A stretch of DNA of 62,281 bases, filler included, from 4 parts of 4 records of this genome joined end to end with filler, not necessarily neighbours in it; one strand, 5' to 3'; shown: positions 46,182-56,762, counted from the first letter of the whole stretch. A program made the numbers and translations. The notes: generated by a model from the letters alone, not told the origin.

Positions 46182-47432
46182 TCAGTGCAGGTTCGGCTGC
46201 GCACCGGCGCCGCGTTCATCAATGACGTGACCGGTTGCAAACCGGTCCAACCGATAGGCCGTGGCCGTTTCATGGGGGCGGTCGGTGGCCAGCAGGTGCG
46301 CAAATGCGAAACCGGAAGCAGGGGTTGCCTTGAACCCGCCATAGCACCAGCCCCCGTTCAGATAGAGCCCGTCGATTGCAGTGCGGTCGATGATGGGCGA
46401 GCCGTCCATCGACATATCGACAAGACCGCCCCAGCTGCGCAACAGCCGTGCGCGCCCGATCATCGGCATCAGGGCCATGCCGCCCTGGGCCACATCCTCG
46501 ACCACGGGCAGGTTGCCGCGCTGCGCATAAGAGTTATAGCCGTCGATGTCGCCGCCAAAGACCAGCCCGCCCTTGTCGGACTGGCTGATATAGAAATGCC
46601 CCGCGCCAAAGGTGATGACGCCGGGAATGACCGGTTTCAGCCCTTCGGAGACAAAGGCCTGAAGCACATGGCTTTCAATCGGCAGGCGCTGACCGGCCAT
46701 TGCCATCACCCGGCTGGACGATCCGGCCACGGCCACGCCGACCTTGGCGGCACCGATGTAGCCGCGCGTGGTTTCGACACCGCGCACCCGGCCGGCGTTG
46801 ATGCGGAAACCCGTGACCTCGCAATTCTGGATGATGTCCACGCCGAGCATGTCCGCCCCCCGCGCATAGCCCCAGGCGACACCATCGTGGCGCGCAGTGC
46901 CGGCGCGGGGTTGCCACAGGCCGCCCTTGATCGGAAAGCGCGCGTTGTCATAATTCAGAAAGGGCACCTTTTGGCGCAGAGCGTCGCGATCCAGCAGGAC
47001 CGCGTCCGCGCCGGACAGGTGCATCGCGTTGCCACGACGGCGGAACGCATCGCGCTGTGCATCGGTGTGGAACAGGTTGATGATCCCGCGCTGTGACACC
47101 ATCGCGTTAAAGTTCAGCTCCTGTTCCAGCCCTTCCCAGAGCTTCATCGAAAACTCGTAGAACGGCTGATTGCCGGGCAGCAGGTAATTCGACCGCACAA
47201 TCGTGGTGTTACGCCCGACGTTGCCGGACCCGATCCAGCCCTTTTCCAGAACGGCGATCCGTGCCTTTCCAAACGTCTTGGCAAGGTAATAGGCGGTGGC
47301 TAGGCCGTGCCCGCCGCCGCCGACGATGACAATGTCATAATCAGGTTGTGGCTGGGGGTTCCGCCACAGCGGTTTCCAACCCTTGTGTCCAGTCAGGGCC
47401 TCTTTCACCACGCGCAGGGCGGAAAATTTCAT
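46182..47432 (-). CDS. soxB: Sarcosine oxidase beta subunit
   Basis: GGGGHGLATAYYL, GRNTT.VRSNY, ARHD.VAWGYA and GW..GGFKATP motifs. Confidence 0.95.
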   Translation of the reverse strand: MKFSALRVVKEALTGHKGWKPLWRNPQPQPDYDIVIVGGGGHGLATAYYLAKTFGKARIAVLEKGWIGSGNVGRNTTIVRSNYLLPGNQPFYEFSMKLWEGLEQELNFNAMVSQRGIINLFHTDAQRDAFRRRGNAMHLSGADAVLLDRDALRQKVPFLNYDNARFPIKGGLWQPRAGTARHDGVAWGYARGADMLGVDIIQNCEVTGFRINAGRVRGVETTRGYIGAAKVGVAVAGSSSRVMAMAGQRLPIESHVLQAFVSEGLKPVIPGVITFGAGHFYISQSDKGGLVFGGDIDGYNSYAQRGNLPVVEDVAQGGMALMPMIGRARLLRSWGGLVDMSMDGSPIIDRTAIDGLYLNGGWCYGGFKATPASGFAFAHLLATDRPHETATAYRLDRFATGHVIDERGAGAQPNLH

Positions 47433-47543
47433 GGATCTACTCCTTGGCTGGCACAATTCTGTCAGGAAAGCCGTCTTCAGCTGTTTCTTTTTTAGCCTCT
47501 TTTGTGTCAGAAAAGGACATACCCCAATGCAGGAGTGTTCACC

Positions 47544-48527
47544 TTGGCCTCAGACCCTGAAATCGCGCTGAAAAAGATTGGATTTCTGCTGACGCCGGGA
47601 TTCGCGCTGATGTCCGTGACATCCGCCATCGAACCTTTGCGGGCGGCAAATCTGCTGAGCGACAGGATACTGTACGAGCTGGCGTTCGTGTCGCTGGCAG
47701 GTGGCTGGATGCGCAGTTCGGTGCTGGGCGCGTTCGAGACGCAATCGCTGGATGAGAGCCCGGACAGGTTCGACATTCTGTTTGTTGTCGCAGGCGGTGA
47801 CCCGCTGCGTTTTGACGATCCGCGCACGCTGTCATGGTTGCGCAGGTTGGATCGCAGGGGCGTGCCCCTTGGCGGTATTTCCGGTGGCGCGGCGGTGCTT
47901 TCAAAAGCGGGCGTCATGGACGACCGACGGTTTACGGTGCACTGGGCCCACCTTGACGCGATGCGCGAGTCCTATCCCGAGGCGCTGATCGAACGTCGCC
48001 TGTTCGTGATCGACCGGGACAGGTACACTTGTGCGGGCGGCATGGCACCGCTGGACATGATGCACGGGCTGATCACCTCCGATCACGGTGCCGCGCTGGC
48101 GCGGGCTGTCAGTGACTGGTTCATCCACACCGGCGTGCGACAGGCCGAAGCCGCCCAACAGCTCAGCCCCGAACTGCAATACGATTTGCATCATCCGGCG
48201 CTGGTGGCCCTGGTCAACCTGGTGAACAGCCACATCGCGGACCCGCTGACGCTTGAGGACCTGGCGATGTTGTGCGGGGTCAGCGTGCGCCACCTGGATC
48301 GGCTGTGCAAGGCACACCTGGGCAAAAGCCCCATGCGGTTTTCCAGGGCACTGCGCCTGTCCAAGGCAGCTGAGCTGTTGCGGCAGTCCAGCCTTTCCAT
48401 CGAGGCGGTTGCGGAGGCCACAGGCTTTACCAACCGCAGCCATTTTTCCAGACAGTTTCATGGGCAGTTCGGCGTGGGCCCAGCGGGATGGCGCGCTGCA
48501 AAGCGGTCTCCAATGGTCCGACAATAG
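47544..48527 (+). CDS. GlxA-family (DJ-1/PfpI + AraC) regulator
   Basis: IEPLRAAN, TVHW and IDRDRYTCAGG motifs; C-terminal AraC HTH; TTG start with AGGAG RBS; divergent from sox. Confidence 0.9.
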   Translation: MASDPEIALKKIGFLLTPGFALMSVTSAIEPLRAANLLSDRILYELAFVSLAGGWMRSSVLGAFETQSLDESPDRFDILFVVAGGDPLRFDDPRTLSWLRRLDRRGVPLGGISGGAAVLSKAGVMDDRRFTVHWAHLDAMRESYPEALIERRLFVIDRDRYTCAGGMAPLDMMHGLITSDHGAALARAVSDWFIHTGVRQAEAAQQLSPELQYDLHHPALVALVNLVNSHIADPLTLEDLAMLCGVSVRHLDRLCKAHLGKSPMRFSRALRLSKAAELLRQSSLSIEAVAEATGFTNRSHFSRQFHGQFGVGPAGWRAAKRSPMVRQ

Positions 48528-48565
48528 TCGCTGATCAATATGCGCCGATGCGGACGGGGCCGGAT

Positions 48566-49315
48566 TTACAGCATTTCCGAAATGTTGGCCGCAACGTCCT
48601 GCACCCGCTGGATCAGTTCCGGGGTGATCTGCAACTGGGATTCATGTCCCGACAGGTTCATCGCCCCCACGTAGTGCCCGTGCCGTGACACGAGCGGTGC
48701 GGCGATGGAGACAGTGCCCGTCGCCAGATGCGACCGATGCGCCACGTAGCCGCGGGAGCGGTCTTGCAACAGCAACGGCTTGAGATCCTCAAGCGAAGCA
48801 GGTGCGCTCGCACTGATCGGGGCAAAGGTGTAATCGGCAAACCTCCGGTCCAGTTCGTGCTCGGGCAGATCGCTCAAAAGCAGCCGTCCCATCGTGGTCG
48901 AGAAGGCAGGCAACCGCGACCCCACGGGCACGTTCGACACCATCGCTCGGTCGGACAGCGCGCGGTAGACATAAATGATCTCGCACCCCTCCAGAACCGA
49001 AACATGCACGGTAAACCCCGTTTCGTTGCGCAAAGCGTCCGCAGGCAAGCGTGCAATGTCATAGATGTCCAGCGAAGCCAAATAGCGATAGCCCAGGTCC
49101 ATCACCCGCGGCGCTAGCCGATAACGGTTATCCTTGCGCGTCAGATAGCCCTCACGCTCCAGCGTCACTACAAAACGGTAGGCGGCCGAACTGGTCACCG
49201 CAATGGCTTCGGCAATTGCGCTCAGCGTCATCTCGGGGTTGCTGTCGTTAAAACACTCCAGAATACTCAGCCCGCGCAGCAGGGAATTGGAGCGATAGTC
49301 GGGGTCCTTTGCCAT
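48566..49315 (-). CDS. IclR-family regulator (PcaR/PobR-like)
   Basis: SL.RGLSILE and VGSRLPA..T.MGR.LL motifs. Confidence 0.92.
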   Translation of the reverse strand: MAKDPDYRSNSLLRGLSILECFNDSNPEMTLSAIAEAIAVTSSAAYRFVVTLEREGYLTRKDNRYRLAPRVMDLGYRYLASLDIYDIARLPADALRNETGFTVHVSVLEGCEIIYVYRALSDRAMVSNVPVGSRLPAFSTTMGRLLLSDLPEHELDRRFADYTFAPISASAPASLEDLKPLLLQDRSRGYVAHRSHLATGTVSIAAPLVSRHGHYVGAMNLSGHESQLQITPELIQRVQDVAANISEML

Positions 49316-49326
49316 CTGCCTTTCCC

Positions 49327-50754
49327 TCAGCTTCCCATGCGACCGTCGCTGTTGCGGGCCGCCAACCGTTCGGACACGCGGCCCATCGCGGCGGCATAAT
49401 CAGCAAGGATCGCCTCTTCTCGAACATGATGCCCACCCTGCACCACGTGCCGCCCCCGCACGACGACGTCACCTGTGTGGAACCCGCGCCCTGCGAACAT
49501 GTGGAAATCCAGCGCCGCCGTATCGGCGACCGGCCCCATTGCAGCGGGCTCGGGGCTGGTCAGGGTGACAAAGCTGGCCATGCCACCCACCGCGATCCCC
49601 TGTTCGGGGCGGCCTGCCGCGCGCGCGCCACCCTGCGCCGCACGGGTCCACAGGTTTGCCGCCACATGAGGCTGTTTGGCGCAGGCGAGCACGTTGCGCT
49701 GCATATCGCGCAAACGCTGGCTGTATTCCAGTTGCTGTAACTCTTGTGCGGCGAAGGTGGCAATGTTGGAATCCGATCCGATCCCGAACACCCCGCCCTG
49801 GGCCAGATAGTCCGTTGCACGGAAAATACCGTCGCCCAGGTTGGCCTCGGTCATCGGGCACAGACCCACGGTCGCCCCCGAATTCGCAATCCGCTTCACC
49901 TCGTCATCGCTCAAATGGGTGGCGTGGATCAGGCACCAGTGGTTGTCTACCGGCGCCATGTCGAACAGCTGTTCAACCGGACGCCGCCCGTTGTAGGCCA
50001 GTGCGTCCTCGACCTCTTTCATCTGCTCTGCCACGTGGATGTGGACCGGGCAGCCGGGCAGCAGATCGTCGCGCAGAGTCATCAGCCGCGCAACCTCGTC
50101 GGGTGTTGCGGCACGCAACGAATGAGGTGCAATCCCCAGAGTATGCCCCGCCTGCGCCGCCGGCGTCTTCAACGCGTCAAGCATAGCGGCATAACCGTCG
50201 ATGTCCTGAATGAACCGCCGCTGCCCGTCTGTGGGGGGCAAGCCGCCAAAGTTGGAATGCGCGTAGAAAACCGGCAGGTGCGTCAGGTCCAGCCCCGTCG
50301 CCTGTGCCGCCTCGAAAATCGCCAGCGACAGTTCTTCGCGGCGCGCATAGGGGGTGCCGTCCAGATCGTTATGCAGATAGTGAAATTCGACGATCCCGGT
50401 ATATCCTCCCTTGAGCAGGGACAGGTACAGCCGCGCCGCAATTGCCTGCACGTCTTCGGGCGACAGGGTCAGCGCAAAGAAATACATGATGTCGCGCCAT
50501 GACCAGAAACTGTCGACCGGATTGCGCCGCACCTCGGATAGGCCCGCCATGGCGTATTGAAAGGCGTGGCTATGAAGGTTAGTGATCCCCGGGACCACGG
50601 GTGCCTCGAACACCGGCAAGCCGTTCGGGTTGTCGTCCTCGACCAGTGTCGAAATCGTGCCATCCGCCGCGAACCGCGCCGACAAGTTGCGTCGCCAGCC
50701 TTCCGGTGTAAGGGCAAGGCGAAAATGCGCGCCGGTCATCTGCGTGTTGCTCAT
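49327..50754 (-). CDS. hutF: Formimidoylglutamate deiminase
   Basis: NLHSHAFQ, DSFWSWR..MY, EFHYLH, APHSLRA, HIHVAEQ..EV, CP.TEANLGDG, GSDS and LEYSQRL motifs. Confidence 0.93.
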   Translation of the reverse strand: MSNTQMTGAHFRLALTPEGWRRNLSARFAADGTISTLVEDDNPNGLPVFEAPVVPGITNLHSHAFQYAMAGLSEVRRNPVDSFWSWRDIMYFFALTLSPEDVQAIAARLYLSLLKGGYTGIVEFHYLHNDLDGTPYARREELSLAIFEAAQATGLDLTHLPVFYAHSNFGGLPPTDGQRRFIQDIDGYAAMLDALKTPAAQAGHTLGIAPHSLRAATPDEVARLMTLRDDLLPGCPVHIHVAEQMKEVEDALAYNGRRPVEQLFDMAPVDNHWCLIHATHLSDDEVKRIANSGATVGLCPMTEANLGDGIFRATDYLAQGGVFGIGSDSNIATFAAQELQQLEYSQRLRDMQRNVLACAKQPHVAANLWTRAAQGGARAAGRPEQGIAVGGMASFVTLTSPEPAAMGPVADTAALDFHMFAGRGFHTGDVVVRGRHVVQGGHHVREEAILADYAAAMGRVSERLAARNSDGRMGS

Positions 50755-51581
50755 GCCTGCACCTCTCGGGGTTGGAACGCGACCATCGTGTCCACCAGCG
50801 CCGCCAAGGCCTCTTTCAACCGCTCCGCCTTTTCGGGCAGATAGGTCCAGGGGCTGCGTTCCAGCATATAGCAATCCTGCGCGATCTCGATCTGCAAGGC
50901 GTGCACGCCTTGCGCGGGGGCGCCGTAATGCCGTGTGATGTAGCCCCCCTTGAACCGGCCATTGCGAACCGTGCTGAACCCCGTCCCCTGCAACGCGGCA
51001 AAGGCCGCATCCGACAATGCCTCCGCACAGGAGGCCCCGGCGTTGGTCCCGAGGTTCAAATCCGGCAGCCGTCCTTCGAACAGACGGGGCACGTGACTGC
51101 GGATCGAGTGGATGTCCAGCAACAGACAGTACCCATGTGCCGCACAAATTCGCGCGATCTCGGCGCTCAGCGCGGCGTGATAGGGCTGCCAATAGGTTGC
51201 AACCCGTGCCCTGCGCATTTGCGCATCCGGCTCCAGCCCCGCGCGGTACAGCGGTGTCCCGTCGAAATCTATGGTCGAGATCAGCCCCGTCGTGGCCGTC
51301 TGGTACAAGGGCATATCATCGTCGGGGCGGTTCAGGTCGACAGCATAGCGCGACACCTTTGCCGCCAAAAGGCTGCCCCCTTGTGGCAGCACGTCCCGCG
51401 CGATGCGATTCATGTGCCAGTCCGTATCGCGCAGGTCCAACGCTTCGAGGCGCAGGGATTCGCGCAATCCCCCGGGCAAATCAGTCCCCGCATGGGGGAC
51501 GTTCAAAAGCACCGGTCCATTGCCGCAAATCTGGCTGAACAGGGGGTTTGTACTGGATTTGGGCACGGGCAATCCTTTCAT
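50751..51581 (-). CDS. hutG: N-formylglutamate deformylase/amidohydrolase
   Basis: PHAG, DTDWH, SRY..DLNR, YW.PYH, HSIRS.VPRLFEG and NGRFKGG.ITRHY motifs; alternative start GTG 51566. Confidence 0.92.
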   Translation of the reverse strand: MKGLPVPKSSTNPLFSQICGNGPVLLNVPHAGTDLPGGLRESLRLEALDLRDTDWHMNRIARDVLPQGGSLLAAKVSRYAVDLNRPDDDMPLYQTATTGLISTIDFDGTPLYRAGLEPDAQMRRARVATYWQPYHAALSAEIARICAAHGYCLLLDIHSIRSHVPRLFEGRLPDLNLGTNAGASCAEALSDAAFAALQGTGFSTVRNGRFKGGYITRHYGAPAQGVHALQIEIAQDCYMLERSPWTYLPEKAERLKEALAALVDTMVAFQPREVQA

Positions 51582-51589
51582 ATTTGAAA
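51576..51589. promoter_or_regulatory. Putative IclR operator
   Basis: TTTCA-TATT-TGAAA palindrome in the short divergent hutG/TAXI promoter region. Confidence 0.45.
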
Positions 51590-51708
51590 ATCTTTATTGA
51601 CATGCAAAAACCATTCGTCAAGTTGGTTCGCATCTACACCCTGTCACCGGCGGGCCTTGGGCCACGCGCGGAACGGGGGTATCGCAACAGATTTACGGAG
51701 GGTCCTTC

Positions 51709-52686
51709 ATGACCATTTCTCGTCGCCATTTCCTTGGCACAACCGCTGCGGCCACGCTGGCCACGCTTGTCACCCCTGCCTTTGCGGCCGGGCGCACCTT
51801 TTTCGGCATCGCCACTGGCGGCACCGGCGGCACCTATTATCCCTTGGGCGGTATGCTGGCGCAGTTGATCTCGAACACAGCCGAGATGCCCGACACCAAG
51901 ATTTCGGCCACAGCCGAAACCGGCAACGCTTCGGTCGCCAACGCACAGCTTCTGGGCCGTGGCGAAATTGAATCGGCTTTCGTCGCCGCCGACATCCTTG
52001 ACGCAGCTTCGCGCGGCGTGGGCCAGTTCGACGGTTCGCCGCTGGAAAACCTGCGCGCCATCGGGGCGCTGTATCCCGAGACCGTGCAGCTGGTCGTGCG
52101 TGCCGACAGCGGCATCGAGACCTTCGAAGACCTGAAAGGCAAGTCGATCTCCTCCGGTTCGCCCGGTTCGGGCCAGTGGCAGTTGCTGGGCGACCTGCTG
52201 GAAGCACATGGCATCGCGCGTGAAGAGGTGTCTGAAGACTATTCGTCCTTCTCGCAATCCGTGGACAAGATCAAAGACGGCAACCTCGATGCCTCGCTGA
52301 TCACTGCCGGTCTGCCGACCTCCTCGGTCACGGATCTGGCCAACGGCCACGACATCCGCATAGTTCCGCTGAACGGTCCGGCCATCGCCAAGTTGCAGGA
52401 AACACAGCCCTACTACGCAAATTCCGTGATCGCGGCGGGTGCCTACAAAGGTGTTGACGCCGATGTGGAAACACTGGCCGTGCGTGCGATCTGGGCCACA
52501 CATGCCGATGTGCCCGAAGACCTGATCTATGCCGTGACCAAGGCGCTGTACGAGAACACCGAAACATTGGGTCAGGTGCACCCGATGGGCAAACAGATCT
52601 CGATCGACAAGGCGCTGGAAAGCGTGTCGATCCCGGTGCACGACGGTGCGGCGAAATACTATGCGGAAAAGGGCATTTCCCAATAA
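51709..52686 (+). CDS. TAXI-family TRAP solute receptor (Tat signal)
   Basis: SRRHFL signal; ATGGTGGTYYP.G, S.AN, LYPE and P.HDGA.KYY motifs. Confidence 0.93.
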   Translation: MTISRRHFLGTTAAATLATLVTPAFAAGRTFFGIATGGTGGTYYPLGGMLAQLISNTAEMPDTKISATAETGNASVANAQLLGRGEIESAFVAADILDAASRGVGQFDGSPLENLRAIGALYPETVQLVVRADSGIETFEDLKGKSISSGSPGSGQWQLLGDLLEAHGIAREEVSEDYSSFSQSVDKIKDGNLDASLITAGLPTSSVTDLANGHDIRIVPLNGPAIAKLQETQPYYANSVIAAGAYKGVDADVETLAVRAIWATHADVPEDLIYAVTKALYENTETLGQVHPMGKQISIDKALESVSIPVHDGAAKYYAEKGISQ

Positions 52687-53192
52687 TGCCTCTGCGCAGA
52701 CATCTGCGCAGCGTGGGGGTGGCCGCCTTGGCTGCCATCCTCTTCCTGCCGTTCGCTCCCTTGCCGGTTCAGGCCGACACCGGCGGCGTCTGGCTGTGCC
52801 TGACAGAAACCCGTGGCACCGGCGCCAACATCGCGCGCCTGCCTTTGGGCGATCCGGCCACGTTCGAGCTGAGCTTTATCCACTCGGTCTCGCGCACCCC
52901 CGTCCGCGATCTCTATCGCGTTGAAAACGGACAGATTGTACAAACCGCCGAAATTTTCATGGCCCACGGCGCGGGCCTGCCGTCCATCGCAAATGATATG
53001 GATGCAACCGGCTGGCGGCACGAGAACGGGACGTTCATTCTGGACATGAACCGTTTGACCGGCCCGATTCCCATCCGCATCCAAGCCGAATTCAAGAACA
53101 CGCTACACATTGCCGGGACCGATCTGCCATTGGCCGATCTGGGCCATGCGGCGCTTACCCTTGCCCCGTGCGACGAGGAATCCCTGAAATGA
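52686..53192 (+). CDS. DUF1850-like TAXI-associated protein
   Basis: F.LSFIHSV.RTPV and HGAGLP motifs; lies between the TAXI receptor and permease. Confidence 0.85.
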   Translation: MPLRRHLRSVGVAALAAILFLPFAPLPVQADTGGVWLCLTETRGTGANIARLPLGDPATFELSFIHSVSRTPVRDLYRVENGQIVQTAEIFMAHGAGLPSIANDMDATGWRHENGTFILDMNRLTGPIPIRIQAEFKNTLHIAGTDLPLADLGHAALTLAPCDEESLK

Positions 53193-55420
53193 CCCAACAG
53201 ACCAATCCCAAATCCGCAGGAGCCCACACCGCGGCCGACGGCGACCGCGAATTGTCCGCCGACGAAGTCGAGGCACTGGTACGCGAATACGATTCTGAAT
53301 CGAATTTCCGCAATCTGGTCGGCCCCACCGCCATGCTGGTCACGATTGCATCGGTCGCCCTGTCGCTGTTCCATGTCTACACTGCCGGCTTTGGCCTGCT
53401 GAACGAGGTGATGCACCGCACGATCCACCTGAGCTTTGTGATGGGTCTGATCTTTCTGGTGTTCCCCCGCAAACGCGCGGTTGCCACGCCAAAACTCTGG
53501 GTTGAATCCCTGATCTTTGCGGGCTTCTACCTGTATATACTTTACGACATCGCCATGACCCTGCCGCCCAGCACGTTGAAAACCGTATTTGTCGTGGTGG
53601 TGATGGCGCTGGTCGCGTTGACGCTTCCGGTCAACCTCAAGAACGCGGACCCCGGCAAGGTTGCCGTGCGCGATTGGGTCTTTGCCGCCTTTGGTGCGGG
53701 GTTTTCGGCCTATCTGACCATCTTTTTCAAACACATCTTTATCGACAACGTCGGCAGCCCGCCCGAACCTGTCTATATGATGGGCGTCGTCGCCATCATC
53801 ATGACACTAGAGGCCACGCGCCGCACCATGGGGCCGATGCTGGCCTGGATCGGGATCGGCTGCCTGCTTTATGCGCTGGTCGGACCCTATCTGCCGGGCA
53901 TTCTGGCCCACCGCGGCTATTCGATCACGCGCATCGTCAATCACCTATTCATCGGAACCGAAGGCATCTACGGCGTCGCGGTCGGCGTTGTTGCGACCTA
54001 TGTGTTCCACTTTGTCCTGTTCGGCATCCTGGCGCAGATGAGCGGGCTGGGGCAGCTGTTCATCGACCTGGCCACCATCATCGCGGGGCGCGCGTCGGGC
54101 GGATCGGCCAAGGTCTCGGTGGTTTCTTCGGGCTTTTTCGGGATGATCTCCGGCTCGCCCATTGCCAACACGGTGACCACGGGTGCATTCACGATCCCGC
54201 TGATGAAGAAATCGGGGTTCTCCGGCCGCTTTGCCGGCGCGGTCGAGGCATCGGCCTCGTGCGGGGGGCAGATCACGCCGCCGATCATGGGGGCTTCGGC
54301 CTTTGTCATGACCGAAATGCTGGGCATTCCGTATAACGAGCTGATCCTGATCGCCATCGTACCGGCCTGTTTCCATTATATTGCGATCCTGCTGATGGTG
54401 CACCTTGAGGCCAAGAAACTGGGCCTTGAAGGTCTGTCCAAGGACAAGATCCCGCAGTTCGGTGCCGTGCTGAAAAAATCGTGGCACCTGTTCATCCCGC
54501 TGGGGGTCATGGTGGCGATGCTGCTGATGCAGTACACGCCGTTTCTGGCCGCATTCTGGGGGATCATCCTGACCATCGCTTTCAGCTATGTGCCGCTGGT
54601 GATGCGCGCCTTGGGCAATACGGACATGGACACCTCGACCGTGCTGACCCCGCCCCGCCTTGTGCGAGGCTTTGAGGATGGCGCGAAATTCGCGCTGGCG
54701 ATCGGCGCCGCCTGTGCCTGTGTCGGCTTCCTGCTGGGCATGACCACGCTGACAGGCCTTGGCTTCAAGTTTTCGGGCGCGGTCGTGCAACTGGCGCATG
54801 ATGTGGCGGGCGTGATCATTGGTCTGGATTTCACCGGCCTGCTGTCCGAGAACGGCATGGCGCTGTTCTTTGGCCTGATCTTTGTCGCCATCGCCTGTAT
54901 CATCATGGGTGCGGGCATCCCGACGACGCCCACCTATATCATCCTCGCCTCGATCGCGGCCCCTGCCTTGATGGAATTCGACGTCCCACTGGTCGCCACG
55001 CACTTTTTCGTCTTTTACTTCGGGGTGCTGGCCGACGTGACACCGCCCGTGGCGCTTGCGGCATATGCGGCAGCGGGGCTCGCAAGGTCCGAACCGATGT
55101 CGACCGGTACGACCGCGTTCCGGCTCTCGATGGGCAAGGCGCTGGTGCCGTTCATGTTCATCTATGCGCCCAGCCTGTTGTTCGTGAACTTTACATGGGT
55201 CGAATTTATCACCGCCCTGCTGTCGGGACTGCTTGGCATTCTAGCACTCTCTGCGGCCTACATCGGCTGGTTCCGGCGCGATCTTGTGCTGTGGGAAAAA
55301 GTGGCGCTGACGCTCGCGGGCCTGCTGCTGATCTCGACCTATTGGGCCGCCATCGCGGTGGGCGTGCTCACACTGGCCTTTGTGCTGTTCCGTCCGGGCA
55401 CAAGGACCAGCATGGTCTGA
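53189..55420 (+). CDS. TRAP fused 4TM/12TM permease
   Basis: LEATRR, EGIYG, G.ISGS..AN..TTG.FTIPLMK, EA.AS.GGQI.PP.MGA and ADVTPPVALAAY motifs. Confidence 0.95.
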   Translation: MTQQTNPKSAGAHTAADGDRELSADEVEALVREYDSESNFRNLVGPTAMLVTIASVALSLFHVYTAGFGLLNEVMHRTIHLSFVMGLIFLVFPRKRAVATPKLWVESLIFAGFYLYILYDIAMTLPPSTLKTVFVVVVMALVALTLPVNLKNADPGKVAVRDWVFAAFGAGFSAYLTIFFKHIFIDNVGSPPEPVYMMGVVAIIMTLEATRRTMGPMLAWIGIGCLLYALVGPYLPGILAHRGYSITRIVNHLFIGTEGIYGVAVGVVATYVFHFVLFGILAQMSGLGQLFIDLATIIAGRASGGSAKVSVVSSGFFGMISGSPIANTVTTGAFTIPLMKKSGFSGRFAGAVEASASCGGQITPPIMGASAFVMTEMLGIPYNELILIAIVPACFHYIAILLMVHLEAKKLGLEGLSKDKIPQFGAVLKKSWHLFIPLGVMVAMLLMQYTPFLAAFWGIILTIAFSYVPLVMRALGNTDMDTSTVLTPPRLVRGFEDGAKFALAIGAACACVGFLLGMTTLTGLGFKFSGAVVQLAHDVAGVIIGLDFTGLLSENGMALFFGLIFVAIACIIMGAGIPTTPTYIILASIAAPALMEFDVPLVATHFFVFYFGVLADVTPPVALAAYAAAGLARSEPMSTGTTAFRLSMGKALVPFMFIYAPSLLFVNFTWVEFITALLSGLLGILALSAAYIGWFRRDLVLWEKVALTLAGLLLISTYWAAIAVGVLTLAFVLFRPGTRTSMV

Positions 55421-55431
55421 GGAGACAAGGT

Positions 55432-55469
55432 GCGGTCACTGGCCTTGTCCCGGCAAGGCCAATGACCGC
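55432..55469. terminator. Hairpin between convergent operons, probable bidirectional terminator
   Basis: GCGGTCACTGGCCTTG-TCCCGG-CAAGGCCAATGACCGC. Confidence 0.7.
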
Positions 55470-55472
55470 GCG

Positions 55473-56675
55473 TCAGATCACCTTTGCAGACCGCAGGGCA
55501 TCCAGCGTGTCTTGTGAATATCCCGCCGCCCGCAGCACTGCATCGGTATCGGCCCCAAGCTGTTGGGGCATCAGCTCCGAGGTACTGTTTGCGCCGTTGA
55601 TCTTAAAGCTCATGGTCGGGATGTGAATTGTCCCTTCATGGCCGTCGACGTGGATTTCCCGGGTCAGCCCCCGTGCGGCGATTTGAGGCTCTGCCAGCAT
55701 TTCGTCCAGACCGCGAATCCGCCCTGCTGGGACCGCTGCCACGGCAAGAACATCTTCCCAGTGCATGGCAGGTTCCGTCTGAAATGTCTCTTCCAGCGTT
55801 TCACGCAGACTTTTCCAGTTCGCATGGCGCTCTGCGACAGTCTCCCATCGAGGATCTTGCAGAATGTCCTCTCGCCCGATGGCCATACACATGTCGCGGA
55901 ACTGCGCATCGTGGTTCGCGGCCAGCATCAGAATACCATCGGCAGTTTCAAATGCACCCGACGAAGGACTGGCGCTCCACGCTTCGTTTCCGTTCTGGAC
56001 GGGCTTCCACCCGGTGGTCAGATGTGTGGTCATCAATGACGCCATAAGCGTCATCGCCGTATCCAGCATCGCCACATCCACATGCACGGCAGTCTTTATG
56101 CGGTCCACTTCCCGCAAGGCTGCCATGATCGCCATCGCAGCGTTCATTCCCGTGGCATAGTCGATATAGGGCGCCCCCACCTTGACCGGACCGTCGCCGG
56201 GTTTTCCGGTGGTCAACATGATGCCACACATGCCCTGTATCACGTGGTCATAGGCCGGACGATTGCTGAACGGACCATCCTGACCAAACGCAGAAATTGA
56301 GCAATAGACCAGCTTAGGATTTATCCCCCGCAGCGCCTCGAACCCCAGCCCAAGCCGTTCCGCAACACCCGGCTTGAAGTTCTCCACAAAAACATCTGCA
56401 TCGGCCATCAGCTGAAGCGCGACTCCCAGGCCCTCGGGTGTTTTCAAGTCGAGCGTAACAGACCTTTTGCCCGCGTTGTGCCCCAGAAAGCCCAACGCCA
56501 TGCGCTGCTCGGCCAACCCGGGCAAAGGGCCGCCCGTGCGTGTCCAATCGCCTTCGCCGGGCTTTTCGATCTTGATGACCTCTGCGCCCATCAAGGCGAG
56601 TTGATAAGTGGCGTAGGGTCCCGCCAAAACCTGGCTGAGATCAATCACGCGAATGCCTTTTAATGGCTGAAACAT
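55473..56675 (-). CDS. Family III CoA transferase (CaiB/BaiF)
   Basis: PL.GIRVIDLSQVLAGP, GAEVIKIE, KRS.TLDLK, ENFKPG and P.YD motifs. Confidence 0.93.
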   Translation of the reverse strand: MFQPLKGIRVIDLSQVLAGPYATYQLALMGAEVIKIEKPGEGDWTRTGGPLPGLAEQRMALGFLGHNAGKRSVTLDLKTPEGLGVALQLMADADVFVENFKPGVAERLGLGFEALRGINPKLVYCSISAFGQDGPFSNRPAYDHVIQGMCGIMLTTGKPGDGPVKVGAPYIDYATGMNAAMAIMAALREVDRIKTAVHVDVAMLDTAMTLMASLMTTHLTTGWKPVQNGNEAWSASPSSGAFETADGILMLAANHDAQFRDMCMAIGREDILQDPRWETVAERHANWKSLRETLEETFQTEPAMHWEDVLAVAAVPAGRIRGLDEMLAEPQIAARGLTREIHVDGHEGTIHIPTMSFKINGANSTSELMPQQLGADTDAVLRAAGYSQDTLDALRSAKVI

Positions 56676-56762
56676 GGTCTGCTTTACCTTGGGAATGCTG
56701 TGAAAGAAGGGACGGCTCGGGCCATTTGGTTTGCCCGAGCCGCGGACGCTGATGCAGGTCGC

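Noticed and set aside
49327-51192. Extended N-termini in the ORF track (621-aa HutF; also ThiE, ThiY, NanE, LivG, SoxD)
   Set aside because: The extensions overlap upstream genes; internal starts with stop/start coupling or an RBS fit family lengths.
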